From Elusimicrobiota bacterium (GTDB taxonomy: Bacteria > Elusimicrobiota > Elusimicrobia > UBA1565 > UBA9628): DNA of 64,000 nucleotides. Each line of letters starts with the position of its first letter. The stretch's first letter is position 1. The stretch lies in contig JACQWX010000005.1 of the NCBI GenBank assembly GCA_016209035.1, positions 6,688 through 70,687 of the forward strand, written 5' to 3'. Positions 1-9,486 of this stretch are shown here, in pieces. Under the pieces are notes generated by a model. That model was not told the origin of the DNA, made no database searches, and was given only the letters and a program-made list of their open reading frames with translations. Made by a program: the position numbers and the translations under genes.

Positions 1-142
1 GCTGGTACTCGCGGAAGTATTTGCGCCGCCACGTGGGCCAGCACTTGCGGTGGACCCTCTGGTTGCAGTACCAGGGCCAGAGCGGCTTTCCACAGTGCTT
101 GCAGACCCGCATGGGCCGGCCTGCGCTCTTGGGCTCACTCAT
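1..142 (-). CDS. small Cys/His-rich zinc-ribbon-like protein, 3'-partial (runs off the window start)
   Basis: Reverse-strand translation from ATG (cat at 140-142): MSEPKSAGRPMRVCKHCGKPLWPWYCNQRVHRKCWPTWRRKYFREYQ...; CxxC...HxxC spacing; no stop before position 1. Confidence 0.35.
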   Translation of the reverse strand, partial: MSEPKSAGRPMRVCKHCGKPLWPWYCNQRVHRKCWPTWRRKYFREYQ

Positions 143-179
143 GTTTTAATCCGGGATGCCATACGATGTCCATGAACAC

Positions 180-542
180 TCAAACTGTTGACGCGGCCGG
201 GCCGGTCTTCACGTCCACGACCTCGGCCCTTCCGTCCGCGTGGTGAATCCTGTAGACCCCCGCGCGCAGGTGCTCCCAGACCTCAGCCTTGGGCCAGACC
301 GAGAAAGCTTTGGCCTTGCGGACCGCGACCGCGCCGGAGGTGACCTGGATGAAGCGCACCTCGCCCGGAGGTTTCAAGGCCGCGATATCGAACGCGCCGA
401 AGAGGTCCCTGGCGCAGAATACGAGCCCCCGGCCGGGCCTCCAGCCGGGCTTGCCGAAGCTCCGCTCGACTTGATAGCCCTGGGCTTTGAGGTAGTCAGC
501 GACCTTCTTCTCGTGCAGCGCGCCCTTGGAGCGGTTGCTCAT
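180..542 (-). CDS. Hjc/RecU-like PD-(D/E)xK nuclease-fold protein (possible Holliday junction resolvase), tentative
   Basis: Real-looking C-terminal 120 aa of the 340-aa track ORF, starting at ATG (cat 540-542): MSNRSKGALHEKKVADYLKAQGYQVERS...FDIAALKPPGEVRFIQVTSG. The ...D...EV(R/K) pattern resembles archaeal/phage Hjc. The upstream part of the track ORF is R/G-rich junk. Confidence 0.4.
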   Translation of the reverse strand: MSNRSKGALHEKKVADYLKAQGYQVERSFGKPGWRPGRGLVFCARDLFGAFDIAALKPPGEVRFIQVTSGAVAVRKAKAFSVWPKAEVWEHLRAGVYRIHHADGRAEVVDVKTGPAASTV

Positions 543-838
543 TTTGGCCCTCCCTGCGGGAAGCTCTCGAAGCGATGGGCGATGTCCCAGAAGAGGACTG
601 GGAGGCCTCGCTTGTATATTTCCCAGGCCCGGCCGCCCTTGCATCCTGCCGGCCGCGAGGCCCCAGGCGAAGGTCCAGCGGAGGGTTGCCGGAAGAAAAA
701 TGCCGGAGAAATCAGGATAGTGCCGGATCGTGCCGCTTCTGCTCGTTATCGGCGTCACGCGCGCGCGTACGCGCGCGCAACAGGGATTTCCAGCAAGACC
801 GGCACTATCCGGCACTGATTTGGGGAAAGGGCTGGAAC

Positions 839-2935
839 TCACAGCATTTCCTCCTGGGTCTCCTCGCTCCGCAACAGCAGGCCCCGGAACCCCTTCTTGC
901 GGCCGCTGCGCCAGCGCTGAAAGCCGTGCTTGGCCAGATCCTCCGCGAACTTCTTCATCGAGCCCACGTACTCGCCCTGCTTCTCGGCCCAGGCCTTCCA
1001 TGCGCCGTAGGCCTCCTCGGTCGTGACCGTGGCCCGGTCCGACTTGCCGCACTCCTCCTCCAGCCAGCGCCCCAGGGCGTCCTGCGACTCGAAGTACTCC
1101 TCGGTCGCTGCCAGGACGCACGGCGGGGGCTTGAGCCCTGCCCGACGCCACTCTGCGCAGCCTTGGACCGCCCAGCCCAGGATGCCGTCCCTCTCGGCCC
1201 AAAGGCGCTCCGGGAGGGCTTGGTCGCGTTTCTCCGTCGGGATGGTGACGGTGAAAGGAATCAGGTGCAGCCGCCGCCGCATGGCCTCATCCACGTTTCT
1301 CAAGGAGGGCTTGTGGTTGCCCGCGATCATGAGCTTGAACTGGGGCTTGTAGTCGAAGAAGTCCTGCCGCATGAACCGGGCCGAGATCGTGTCCCCGCCG
1401 GTCAGGGCCTTGATCTTCGCCTCGTCCCAACGCCGGCCCTGGCCCACCTCGGTGGCGATGACGAGCCTTGCGCCACGGAGCTTCGCCAGGTCCGTCGGGT
1501 GGCGCTCGCCCCGGATCTCCATGAAGGCGTCCATGGGCGCGTGGGTCGCGTAGTCGCCCCAGACCGAGGCGAGGGTGTTGACGAACACGGACTTGCCGTT
1601 CGCTCCCGTGCCGTAGAGAAAGAACATCACATGCTCGGTCGTAACCCCGGTCAGACAGTAGCCCGCGACCCGGGCAAGGTAGCGCTGAAGCTCCTCGTCG
1701 CCGGCCGTGATGTCCGCGAGGAATTTGCGCCACGCCGGGCAATGCGTCCCGGGAGACGCCGCAGCCATTCTGGTCATGTAGTCCTCCCGCCTGTGCGGTC
1801 TGAGCCCCGCGCCGGCCTCCTCCGTTCCGAGCGCCGTTTCACCTGAGGGCATGTTGAGAAGCCAGGCGTCCGTGTCCCACTGCTCCGCTGTGGCCGCGTG
1901 CCTGCGGTCCGCCCGGGCGAGCCTCTCCACCGCGGCCACGGTCGGCGCGCTTGCGATCTTGGCCGCGATCTTGGGATGCTGGCAGCGGGCGGAAGCCTCG
2001 CGACATGTCCGCCGGGCGAGATCGAAGGCCTTGAGAGTGGTCTCCTTGAGCCAGCGAGGGCCTTCCCAGTGCAGCCAGTATCCCCACGCCGCGACGTAGC
2101 GCCAGTCCTCGGCGTGTTTGGTCGTGAACTCGAGTGCCAAAGCGTCGTCGGTGAATCCCGGCGGCCGGACGTCGTCGTCCTCGCAGGGCGCTGTCTGCGG
2201 CGGGCCGGGACCCTCGGCCGGCGGATACCTGGAGATGCTCGCGGCTACGGCCTCCACCTCGGCCTCCGGAAGGGGCGGCTTGCAGCGTTTGGCGTTGACC
2301 ACCTTGAGGGCAGCGGCTATGGCCTCCGGGTCCATGCCGCGCTTGCGCATGGAGCCGGCCATGCTGGCCAAGGTCGCGTTGCGCAGACCTTCCGGGATGT
2401 CGCCGCCCGGCTCCGGGGCCGGGCTTGGCTTCGGGCCGGTTCCGTTTCGCATGAGCGCGATCACCGCGTCCGGCACGGCCATGATGTGCGCCTCGGGGTC
2501 GAGCCACTCGTAATCCCTGCCGTCTATGCGCGAGCCCGGGGCGACCACGTAGCCGCCGTCGGCCTTCACGTCCACGCCGGGCAGAAGGCCGTTCCTGCTT
2601 CGCATGCCGCCCTCGGGCCAGGCGTAGTAGAGGTGCCAGCCGCCGCTCGGGGTCGCGGCCGTAAGGGTCGGCGTCATGCCCTTGATGGAGGCCAGGGACT
2701 CCCGGCCCTTGGCACCATTCTTCACGTCCACGTCCACCACAGCCAGGCCCGAGGCCTCGCCCGTGGCGATGCCGATGTTGGCGTCCGGCCGCTCGGTCCA
2801 CCACTTGCGGACCAGGTAGGCGGATTTGGCCGCGTCCTTGAAGCCGTTCTTGGTCAGGGGCTTCTTGGCGTTGGGGACAAGCGGGAACACGGCCCAGCCC
2901 AGCTCGATGTAGCCGAGGGCGCGCTCCAGCATCAC
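839..2935 (-). CDS. phage/plasmid primase-helicase: N-terminal bifunctional Prim-Pol domain plus P4/D5-type P-loop NTPase
   Basis: N-terminus VFPLVPNAKKPLTKNGFKDA...ANIGIATGEASGLAVVDVDV (Prim-Pol). C-terminal region FFLYGTGANGKSVFVNTL (P4-family primase C-terminal Walker A). 698 aa. Confidence 0.85.
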   Translation of the reverse strand: MMLERALGYIELGWAVFPLVPNAKKPLTKNGFKDAAKSAYLVRKWWTERPDANIGIATGEASGLAVVDVDVKNGAKGRESLASIKGMTPTLTAATPSGGWHLYYAWPEGGMRSRNGLLPGVDVKADGGYVVAPGSRIDGRDYEWLDPEAHIMAVPDAVIALMRNGTGPKPSPAPEPGGDIPEGLRNATLASMAGSMRKRGMDPEAIAAALKVVNAKRCKPPLPEAEVEAVAASISRYPPAEGPGPPQTAPCEDDDVRPPGFTDDALALEFTTKHAEDWRYVAAWGYWLHWEGPRWLKETTLKAFDLARRTCREASARCQHPKIAAKIASAPTVAAVERLARADRRHAATAEQWDTDAWLLNMPSGETALGTEEAGAGLRPHRREDYMTRMAAASPGTHCPAWRKFLADITAGDEELQRYLARVAGYCLTGVTTEHVMFFLYGTGANGKSVFVNTLASVWGDYATHAPMDAFMEIRGERHPTDLAKLRGARLVIATEVGQGRRWDEAKIKALTGGDTISARFMRQDFFDYKPQFKLMIAGNHKPSLRNVDEAMRRRLHLIPFTVTIPTEKRDQALPERLWAERDGILGWAVQGCAEWRRAGLKPPPCVLAATEEYFESQDALGRWLEEECGKSDRATVTTEEAYGAWKAWAEKQGEYVGSMKKFAEDLAKHGFQRWRSGRKKGFRGLLLRSEETQEEML

Positions 2936-4611
2936 CGCGCGCCCCCTGACCCGGATCTGCGCGTCCCGGCAAGGGCGGCCTCGATGCGCCGGCGGTTGAA
3001 GCTGTGGGCCAGTACGCAGGAGGCCTGGTAGCGGGTTGAGACGAGGCTTCGGAAGGCGGCCGGCAGGTACTTGAGCTGCTTCTCGGTGGGCGGCTGGCCG
3101 AGCCAGCGCCTGGACTTGTGCGCCGCGTCCTCGGTCTCGTTGACGCTGAGCCAGTCGTCGGCCGAGGCCAGGCAGGCCAGGCGGTCGCCCACGTAGAGGA
3201 CCTTTGCCGGCGCGGTCTCAGCCCCGCCCACCGCGTACCAGCGGCCGCCCCGTTGGAATATGCCGCCCCAGGCCTCGAAGCCCGTGGCCATGACGATGGA
3301 GCCATCGTCGGCGATGGGGCACCACTGGAAGGGTGAGCGTCGCAGGAGGTCCACCTCGGCCATCTCGAAGTCGGCCAGCTCGCGCCCGGCCTTGGCAGCC
3401 GCCTGGAACTCGTGATTGCAGAACGGGCACTCGCGGGCCGCGATGGGGACCTCGGCATGGCAGTTCGGGCAGACCTTCATCGGGGCCTCGCCCTTTCCCT
3501 CGCGGTCCCAGGCCTCCAAGTCCACCCGTTGCTCCAGGCAGCCGTGGATCAAGGCCGAGGTCCCGAAGTCCAGGACCACGCAGTCGGTCTTGACCAGGCC
3601 GGGATAGCGCTCCGGCTCGATCTTCCGGAGACCCCGGCCGATCATCTGGATCATGGTGGACTTGTGCGAGCAGGGCCGAAGCAGCACCACGCAGGAGACC
3701 GGCGGGCAGTCCCAGCCCTCGGTTGCCACGGCCACGTTGACCAGGACCTGGGTTTCGCCAGTGTCGAGCCTGCGGAATATTCCTGCGCGCTCGTCCTCCG
3801 GGGTCTCGGCCGTTACAAGCTCGGCAGCCGTCCCGGCGGACCTGAAGGCCCCGGCCGTGTGCTCCGCGTGCGCCACGGTGGAGCAGAAGGCCACGGTGCG
3901 CCGCTCCCCGGCCTTTTCGCGCCAGTGCCGGACCACGGCCTCGACGAGCGGCCTGCGGTCCATGATGGCCTCGACCTCGGCCATGTCGTAGTCGTCCGCC
4001 AGGCGGCGCACGGCCTTCAGATCGTCCTGCACCCCCAGGTCTATGACGAAGGTGCGCGGCCTGACCAACTGGCCCGAGGCGATCATCTCGGCCAAAGTGA
4101 TCTGGTCCGCGCAGTTGTCGAAGATGTGCCGCAGGCTCCTGCCGTCGCCCCGGTTCGGCGTGGCCGTGACGCCGTATATCCTCACCCCTGGGTTCAGCCG
4201 CTTGGCCGCCTCGATGATGCGCAGGTAGGTCTCGGCCCGGGCGTGGTGCGCCTCGTCTATGACCAGAAGCTCCAAAGGCGGCATCCGATCGAGGTTGCGG
4301 CCCCTGGCCAAAGTCTGCACCATGGCGAAGACGGTCTTGCCGGACCAGGACTTCTGCCGCGAGTCCACGACCGAGACCGGCATTCCCGGATTGACCTTGA
4401 GGAACTTGTCCAGGTTCTGTGCCGTAATCTCGTCGCGGTGGGCCAGGACGCAGGCCTTGGAGCCGTTTCGGTCCAGCATCCTGCCCACCACGGCCGAGAG
4501 CATGACGGTCTTGCCCGAGCCCGTGGGCGCGACAGCCAGGGTGTTGCCTTTCTCCAGCAGCCTCTGGACGCTTCTTTGGACAAACGCCTTCTGCCGCTCG
4601 CGCAGTATCAT
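2932..4611 (-). CDS. superfamily-2 DEAD/DEAH-box helicase with C-terminal zinc ribbon
   Basis: Motif I AVAPTGSGKT, motif II LLVIDEAHHA, motif III VTATPNR, motif VI QMIGRGLR; CPNCHAEV...CPFCNHEF ribbon; 4-nt overlap with the primase gene. Confidence 0.8.
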   Translation of the reverse strand: MILRERQKAFVQRSVQRLLEKGNTLAVAPTGSGKTVMLSAVVGRMLDRNGSKACVLAHRDEITAQNLDKFLKVNPGMPVSVVDSRQKSWSGKTVFAMVQTLARGRNLDRMPPLELLVIDEAHHARAETYLRIIEAAKRLNPGVRIYGVTATPNRGDGRSLRHIFDNCADQITLAEMIASGQLVRPRTFVIDLGVQDDLKAVRRLADDYDMAEVEAIMDRRPLVEAVVRHWREKAGERRTVAFCSTVAHAEHTAGAFRSAGTAAELVTAETPEDERAGIFRRLDTGETQVLVNVAVATEGWDCPPVSCVVLLRPCSHKSTMIQMIGRGLRKIEPERYPGLVKTDCVVLDFGTSALIHGCLEQRVDLEAWDREGKGEAPMKVCPNCHAEVPIAARECPFCNHEFQAAAKAGRELADFEMAEVDLLRRSPFQWCPIADDGSIVMATGFEAWGGIFQRGGRWYAVGGAETAPAKVLYVGDRLACLASADDWLSVNETEDAAHKSRRWLGQPPTEKQLKYLPAAFRSLVSTRYQASCVLAHSFNRRRIEAALAGTRRSGSGGAR

Positions 4612-4627
4612 CGCCGCCCGGCCGCGC

Positions 4628-5101
4628 CTAGAAACCTACCGAAGGGTCGCGTCCGGCTTTCTTCGCCTCCGGCCTGGCGGCCGGCTGCGCCGCGGTCTTG
4701 GACGCCTGCTCCTGCTCCTCGGTGTAGAAGCGGCTGATCTTATTGCGCTCCTTGCCCTGCCACTCGTCCACGATCACGCGCGCGCGGCAGTACTTGTGGA
4801 GATACCCGTCCGTGTCGAAGTCGAGCTCTCCGTCGTAAGGCATGCCCAGGCTGTGGTTGATGTGCAGCCAGATCCCATGGCCGGGCTCGCCCTCGGGGAT
4901 GAACGTGACCGTGTGCCAGGCCTTGCCCACGGACTTGCCCTCCGGCGTCATGATGTCGAAGAGGAGGTCCACCTTCTGCCGGTTCGTGTCCTTGGTGGTC
5001 CCGTCCTTCTTGTCCACGACCTCCACGACGTAGTCGCCCTCCGGCGCTATCGGGAAGCCGGCGCTTTCTTGCGACGAGTCCGCCTTCATCTGAACTCTCA
5101 T
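4628..5101 (-). CDS. DUF669-like phage protein (SSB-like partner of Sak4-type ATPases)
   Basis: 157 aa, acidic, directly upstream of and overlapping the AAA_24-like ATPase gene, which is the arrangement typical of DUF669/Sak4 pairs. Family assigned from context and general resemblance only. Confidence 0.5.
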   Translation of the reverse strand: MRVQMKADSSQESAGFPIAPEGDYVVEVVDKKDGTTKDTNRQKVDLLFDIMTPEGKSVGKAWHTVTFIPEGEPGHGIWLHINHSLGMPYDGELDFDTDGYLHKYCRARVIVDEWQGKERNKISRFYTEEQEQASKTAAQPAARPEAKKAGRDPSVGF

Positions 5102-5907
5102 CGCTTGCCTCCTGCCTTGGCGGGCTTGGTCTCCTGCGAAGCCGGCTTGGCCGGCGCTTCCGCCTTGAACACCGCCTCGAACGCCGAGTAGGGGTTCTCG
5201 CGCGGAAGCTGCAGGGTCTTGTCGTTGAGTTCGTCCACGCGCGAGCCCCAGGTGCCAAGCGGCCCGCCCTGGAAGGTGACGAAGTAGGCGGTCCCGCTGC
5301 CCAAGGGCTTCTTGAAGCAGTAGCCGATCATGTCCGCCTGGGCCGCGATGAACGCGCCCGCCTTGCCCGGCATGTTGATGCCGGCCGGGGACACGAGGTT
5401 GCCGCCCGAGTCGAGCTTGGGCTCCTTGCAGTGGGCGATCAAGATGACGAGCTTCCGAGATGCCTTGAGGTAGGCTACCAGGGCCTCGATGCGCTTTCTG
5501 TACTCGCCCCAGAGTTCGAAGCCGTCCACGCCCTGCTTGCGCTCCGTGATGGAGTCCAGGCCCCTGGCCCGGGCGATCTCGTCCTCGAGCCAGTCCGAGA
5601 GCACGTCCAGGCTGTCGATGACCACGGTCTTGATCGCAGGCTCGCGCATCACAGCCTTGAGCGTCTCGCGGAACTCAGCGACGTTTGCGATGTCGTGGAT
5701 GCGGCCGGCCACGCGGTCGCCGCCGCCGAGTTCGCACTCCAGCACGTAGGCGCCTTCGAACGACGCCCCGAACGTCGTCTTGCCGGACTTCGGCTGGCCG
5801 ACCAGGATGGCGAGGCCCTCCGTCGGGAGCCCCGTCTTCCTCCTCGGCCGCGGCGCAACGAGCTGCACGCCGGCCGGCTGCTGGGACTGCTGGTTTTCTT
5901 GGGTCAT
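5098..5907 (-). CDS. Sak4-like RecA-fold ATPase (AAA_24 family), phage recombination
   Basis: Walker [20 protein letters not shown]; Walker B-like [10 protein letters not shown]; size 269 aa; sits between DUF669 and an exonuclease. Confidence 0.65.
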   Translation of the reverse strand: MTQENQQSQQPAGVQLVAPRPRRKTGLPTEGLAILVGQPKSGKTTFGASFEGAYVLECELGGGDRVAGRIHDIANVAEFRETLKAVMREPAIKTVVIDSLDVLSDWLEDEIARARGLDSITERKQGVDGFELWGEYRKRIEALVAYLKASRKLVILIAHCKEPKLDSGGNLVSPAGINMPGKAGAFIAAQADMIGYCFKKPLGSGTAYFVTFQGGPLGTWGSRVDELNDKTLQLPRENPYSAFEAVFKAEAPAKPASQETKPAKAGGKR

Positions 5908-5942
5908 GCGTTATCCTCCATGGTTTTGGGTTGCGGATCGGT

Positions 5943-6716
5943 TCACCATTCGATGAACTGCGGCTGCTCCAGGGACTCTTTGAGCGCCTTGGCGGCGAGG
6001 AAAGCCTCGAAGGACCGGTTGAGGTCCGCGATCTCCTTGCGCTCGAAGTCTACGGGCAGCTTCTTGCCGAAGCGGACGATCACGGCCTCGTCGCAGGCGA
6101 TGCCGTAGGTCTCCTTGAAAGCCTGCGCGTAGGCCGCGACCTGCAGGGCATACTCGGCGTAGATGCCGTTCGAGGTCTTCCAGTCCAGGATGACGAGCTT
6201 CCCGTTGCGCCGGCCGAGCGCGTCCAGGCTGCCGCCGAACTTATGCTCGCGCGATGCGACCTTGGTATCCCCGAGCAGGAGCTCGATCTTCGTGGACTTC
6301 CACCAGTCTCTGAAGGCGCGGACCGGGGCCTCGATCTCGGGCGGGACCTTCCCCGGCTCCTCGCCCCGGATGATGCGGTCTATGAAGGCATGGGCCTGGG
6401 AGCCCAGGTCCGCGGCCTCGGTCTTGAGCTTGTCGGGCCGCTTCTTGGCCTCAATAAGGACCGACGAGATCCAGGCCTTGTTGAGCACGATCCTGGCGGA
6501 CCTGCGGCCGTCCAGGCGGGTCATGAGCGCGGCCTCGACCAAAGACAGAGCCTCGCGCTTGGCCCAGGGGACCAGGGCGGGCTTGTTGATGACCGAGAGC
6601 ATGCCGGTCACGCCCGGGTAGCGGTCTTGGCCGCCATTCCAGGCCACGTCGTAGAGGTGGCTGTTGCCCTCAACCACCAAGTCCACCTTGTAGAGCGGCT
6701 GAAGGCCTTCGGCCAT
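5943..6716 (-). CDS. PD-(D/E)xK phage-type exonuclease (RecB-nuclease/Cas4-like fold, no 4-Cys cluster)
   Basis: Motifs ILDWKTS and YALQVAAYAQAF (D...EXK plus QxxxY); probable start MAEGLQ. Confidence 0.6.
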   Translation of the reverse strand: MAEGLQPLYKVDLVVEGNSHLYDVAWNGGQDRYPGVTGMLSVINKPALVPWAKREALSLVEAALMTRLDGRRSARIVLNKAWISSVLIEAKKRPDKLKTEAADLGSQAHAFIDRIIRGEEPGKVPPEIEAPVRAFRDWWKSTKIELLLGDTKVASREHKFGGSLDALGRRNGKLVILDWKTSNGIYAEYALQVAAYAQAFKETYGIACDEAVIVRFGKKLPVDFERKEIADLNRSFEAFLAAKALKESLEQPQFIEW

Positions 6717-6717
6717 G

Positions 6718-7017
6718 CTATCCTCCCTTCCCATTCCGGAGCCTCTGGACCCGGAAGCCGAACTCGCCCACCTGCTTGATGAGGAACCCGGCCAGGAGTT
6801 TGGCCAGGTGCTCGCCGCACTCTGTCCCGCCCTCGATCACGCACACGGGCTTGGCCGCGGAGACGTCGTAGCCCGCCTCGAGCTTGAGCCGCGCCTTGCC
6901 GAAGATGATCTCTGTTTCCTTGACGGCCAGGGCGAGCACGGCCTTGAGAAGCCCGGGCTTTGAGCCCGGCCGGGTGAGGCTGAAGCGGTACGAGGTGCCT
7001 GCGGATGCCTGTTCCAT
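6718..7017 (-). CDS. hypothetical protein
   Basis: Protein-like composition from MEQASAGTSYRFSLTRPGSKPGLLKAV...; the overlapping 6608-7054 ORF is R-rich junk. Confidence 0.35.
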   Translation of the reverse strand: MEQASAGTSYRFSLTRPGSKPGLLKAVLALAVKETEIIFGKARLKLEAGYDVSAAKPVCVIEGGTECGEHLAKLLAGFLIKQVGEFGFRVQRLRNGKGG

Positions 7018-7069
7018 GCTCCCTCCACCAAGACCGACGCACGGGGGGGCCCAAAATGGCGAAACCATC

Positions 7070-7609
7070 TCAGTCCCCGCCGAGGCCGCGCCTCTTCAGG
7101 GCCTTGCTGATCTTGGATATCCAGTACTCGACCGTCTTCCTGGGCCGGCCCAGCCGCCTGGCTGCCGCGGCCTTGTTGCCCTGCTCCTCGACCATGATGT
7201 CCCATAGCTCGCGCAGCTCCTGGGACAGCTCGTCCCAGACCGCGCCCACGGCAAGCCTCAGGTCCGCCGGCTCCTCCGGGGCCGCGAGGACTTCCTCCAG
7301 GGTAGGCGAGTCCTCGCCGCCGCCTGTGGGCGCGTCGAGAGGCGTCAGGCGCTTGTGGCGGGACTCCCAGCGGCGGATGTGGTCTATGCCGGCGTTGTAG
7401 AGGGAGCGGGCCAGGAAGTCCCGCCAACTGGCCACGGCCGGCGGGCGGCCGCGGGACTTGATCTCGATGAGGCGGCGGAAGAGCTCCGCCTCCAGGTCGT
7501 CGTGCTCGGAGAAGCCGCGGAAGGACCGGGCCACGCTTCTGGCCACCTCGATCTCCCACGGCTCGATGCGGACGGACTGCGGACGTGCGTCACGGCGTGA
7601 TCCAGCCAC
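7070..7609 (-). CDS. ECF / sigma-70 family RNA polymerase sigma factor
   Basis: Region-2-like FLARSLYNAGIDHIRRWESRHKR and region-4 HTH GNKAAAARRLGRPRKTVEYWISKISKALK. Confidence 0.6.
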   Translation of the reverse strand: MAGSRRDARPQSVRIEPWEIEVARSVARSFRGFSEHDDLEAELFRRLIEIKSRGRPPAVASWRDFLARSLYNAGIDHIRRWESRHKRLTPLDAPTGGGEDSPTLEEVLAAPEEPADLRLAVGAVWDELSQELRELWDIMVEEQGNKAAAARRLGRPRKTVEYWISKISKALKRRGLGGD

Positions 7610-7827
7610 GGGCCACCTCGCGCGAAGGGCACGTTCCGCGCGAGGCGCAGATGCTCGGCGACCACGAAAAGAAAAAGCCCGGCCGCTAAGACGGGAACGT
7701 GTCCCGAATTAACGACCAGGCTCAAGCGGGCGCTGGCCCTCAGGGGGCTCGGTCCCGCTACGGTGGCTCTTTTAAGGTCGCCGGATCACGCGGCCTTGGC
7801 CGCGAGTCCGAAAACTAAGACGATGAT

Positions 7828-8553
7828 CTATCCCATCCCCATGTGGTTGTTCTCCTCGCAGGAGAGCTCCCAGGCCCTCAACTCGTAGGTCTCGGCTCCT
7901 TCCCGGACGAAAGGATCGGCCTTGGCGATTCCCACGGCATCGTCCAGCGACGCGGCCTTGACGATCACCATCCCGCCCTTGTGGTCCTGGAAGGGACCGC
8001 ACAGGACGAGCCGTCCCTGCCGGTCGAGCTCCTTGAGGTGCGCCACGTGTTTTCGCACCAGGGCCTCGGTCATGGGCTTGTCCGTGCGGATGAGCGTGAT
8101 GACGTACCGGGTCCATCGGCCCTCATCCTTGGCCGCCTGTGTTTTGTCTGCTTCAGCCCGCATAGGGGACCAGTGGGTCTGGATGATCCCCCACCCGCCG
8201 TCGATGCGGGCGTAGACCTCGGTGCAGTTCCAGCGCGATTCGGTCGTCTTCCCTCCGGCCGTGCTCCACGAGACGTAGTTGAAGGTCAGCACCGCGACAT
8301 CGCCGTGGACCTGCACCTTCGGATTGATAAGCTCATAGCGGTCGATGCGAATTTTCCCGGCCAGCGAGGCGTAGTAGTCCCTGAGGGCATCCCGCCCGTC
8401 GATGCGTCGTTCCAGGTACGGATCAAAATAGGTGACTTCGGGCGCGCTCAACTCGACGAACCCTCCAGGGTCGCCATTGCCCCATCGGTCCAACGCTCTC
8501 CGTTCCTTGGTGACGATTTCGGAGGCGATGTTTTCTTTCAATGCTTCAGCCAT
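7828..8553 (-). CDS. two-domain protein: SnoaL/NTF2-like (DUF4440-like) N-terminus plus YciI-like C-terminus
   Basis: C-terminus LDRQGRLVLCGPFQD...GMVIVKAASLDDAVGIAKADPFVREG is YciI-like; N-terminal 130 aa has an NTF2-like pattern. Confidence 0.55.
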   Translation of the reverse strand: MAEALKENIASEIVTKERRALDRWGNGDPGGFVELSAPEVTYFDPYLERRIDGRDALRDYYASLAGKIRIDRYELINPKVQVHGDVAVLTFNYVSWSTAGGKTTESRWNCTEVYARIDGGWGIIQTHWSPMRAEADKTQAAKDEGRWTRYVITLIRTDKPMTEALVRKHVAHLKELDRQGRLVLCGPFQDHKGGMVIVKAASLDDAVGIAKADPFVREGAETYELRAWELSCEENNHMGMG

Positions 8554-8572
8554 GGTGTGTTGTCCTCTCTTT

Positions 8573-8755
8573 TTAGGATTCTCCCGGTTTTTCCTGCGCG
8601 CCTTTGTTGCCGGCGGAGACGTTGATTACCGCCTCGAACTCGCAGCCGCAGCTCTTGCACTTCAACTCCATATCGCAGGTCCGGACCCTGGCGACCTTAT
8701 GGCCGCACTTCGGGCAGGCGACCCAGGTGTTCCGCTTCGTTGTAATCGTCTCCAT
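8573..8755 (-). CDS. small zinc-ribbon protein
   Basis: 60 aa with CPKCGH...CKSCGC (two CxxC pairs). Confidence 0.45.
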   Translation of the reverse strand: METITTKRNTWVACPKCGHKVARVRTCDMELKCKSCGCEFEAVINVSAGNKGAQEKPGES

Positions 8756-8783
8756 ACATCACCCCCAGCCGGAACTCCCGGCG

Positions 8784-9398
8784 TCAGAGCCGTCGAATGA
8801 CGGCGATCACCTTTCCAGCGACCTCGAACGGTTGCGGGATTGGAGCGTACTTGGGATTGGCGGCTTCAAGGGAAAGTCGCCCGTCCTTCCGGCGGAGGGT
8901 CTTCACGGTGCCTTCGCCGTCCGGCGTAGCTGCGACCACGACATCCCCGGAGTCCGCAACCTTCTGCGGCTTCACGACCACGAGATCGCCTTCCAGAATC
9001 CCCAGGCCCACCATCGAGTCGCCCTTGACCCTGAGCAGGTAGGAATCCTTCGCCCGGCTGATCCTCTCGTCCAACCAGAGGATGTCTTCCACGTTCTCTT
9101 CCACCAAGTTGGGCCGGCCGGCTGGTACGCTTCCCAGTATTGGATGGCCCCGCGTTCCGATCCCTGCGATGCCAAACGTGGCGGGGGCGGCGGCCAACCG
9201 CAGGTCGCGAGCGCGGGAAGAGCCGCGCTCCAGCTTCTCCTTCTTGATGAGGACCCGGAGGTAGTAGGCCACGGTGCTAGATTTGATGCCGCCAAGGGCT
9301 GCCCCGATCTCGCGGACGGTCGGAGGGAAGCCGTGCTCCCTGGCGAAATCCGCGATAAAACGAAGAACCCGCTCCTGGCTCTTGGTCAGCGACTGCAC
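8784..9398 (-). CDS. lexA: LexA-family repressor (LexA winged-HTH plus S24 peptidase)
   Basis: VQSLTKSQERVLRFIADFAREHGFPPTVREIGAALG...; C-terminus LLRVKGDSMVGLGILEGDLVVVKPQ (Ser-Lys dyad region). Probable GTG start at 9398 (cac 9396-9398). Confidence 0.8.
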   Translation of the reverse strand: MQSLTKSQERVLRFIADFAREHGFPPTVREIGAALGGIKSSTVAYYLRVLIKKEKLERGSSRARDLRLAAAPATFGIAGIGTRGHPILGSVPAGRPNLVEENVEDILWLDERISRAKDSYLLRVKGDSMVGLGILEGDLVVVKPQKVADSGDVVVAATPDGEGTVKTLRRKDGRLSLEAANPKYAPIPQPFEVAGKVIAVIRRL

Positions 9399-9404
9399 AT
9401 GAGC

Positions 9405-9433
9405 AGTATAGCTTACAAACGTTAGATAGTCAA
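9405..9433 (-). promoter_or_regulatory. sigma70-like promoter of the lexA-like gene (TTGACT-17-TATACT); the -10 ends 7 nt from the GTG, implying a leaderless mRNA
   Basis: Reverse strand reads TTGACTatctaacgtttgtaagcTATACTgctcatGTG. Confidence 0.45.
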
Positions 9434-9436
9434 GTG

Positions 9437-9448
9437 GAACAAAATTTC
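9437..9448. promoter_or_regulatory. candidate LexA (Cheo-box-like) operator GAAC-N4-TTTC between divergent -35 elements
   Basis: GGAACAAAATTTCG; one mismatch from the palindrome GAAC-N4-GTTC. Confidence 0.3.
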
Positions 9449-9450
9449 GC

Positions 9451-9480
9451 TTGACAAGAAGCAAATGGTGGGGCTATAAT
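9451..9480 (+). promoter_or_regulatory. sigma70 promoter TTGACA-18-TATAAT divergent from lexA
   Basis: cgcTTGACAagaagcaaatggtggggcTATAATaaa. Confidence 0.5.
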
Positions 9481-9486
9481 AAACTT

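Noticed and set aside
575-4737. Long + strand ORFs (575-1846, 1898-3031, 3412-4737) and the - strand ORF 1839-3458
   Set aside because: They are antisense to, or frame-shifted over, the primase-helicase and SF2 helicase genes. Translations are Arg/Gly/Pro-rich with no motifs. This is the typical GC-rich shadow-ORF artifact.
8784-9464. Upstream ATG (9464) as the LexA start
   Set aside because: It would translate through the promoter/operator region (MLLVKRNFVPLDYLTFVSYTAH). The LexA N-terminal domain alignment begins at the GTG at 9398.
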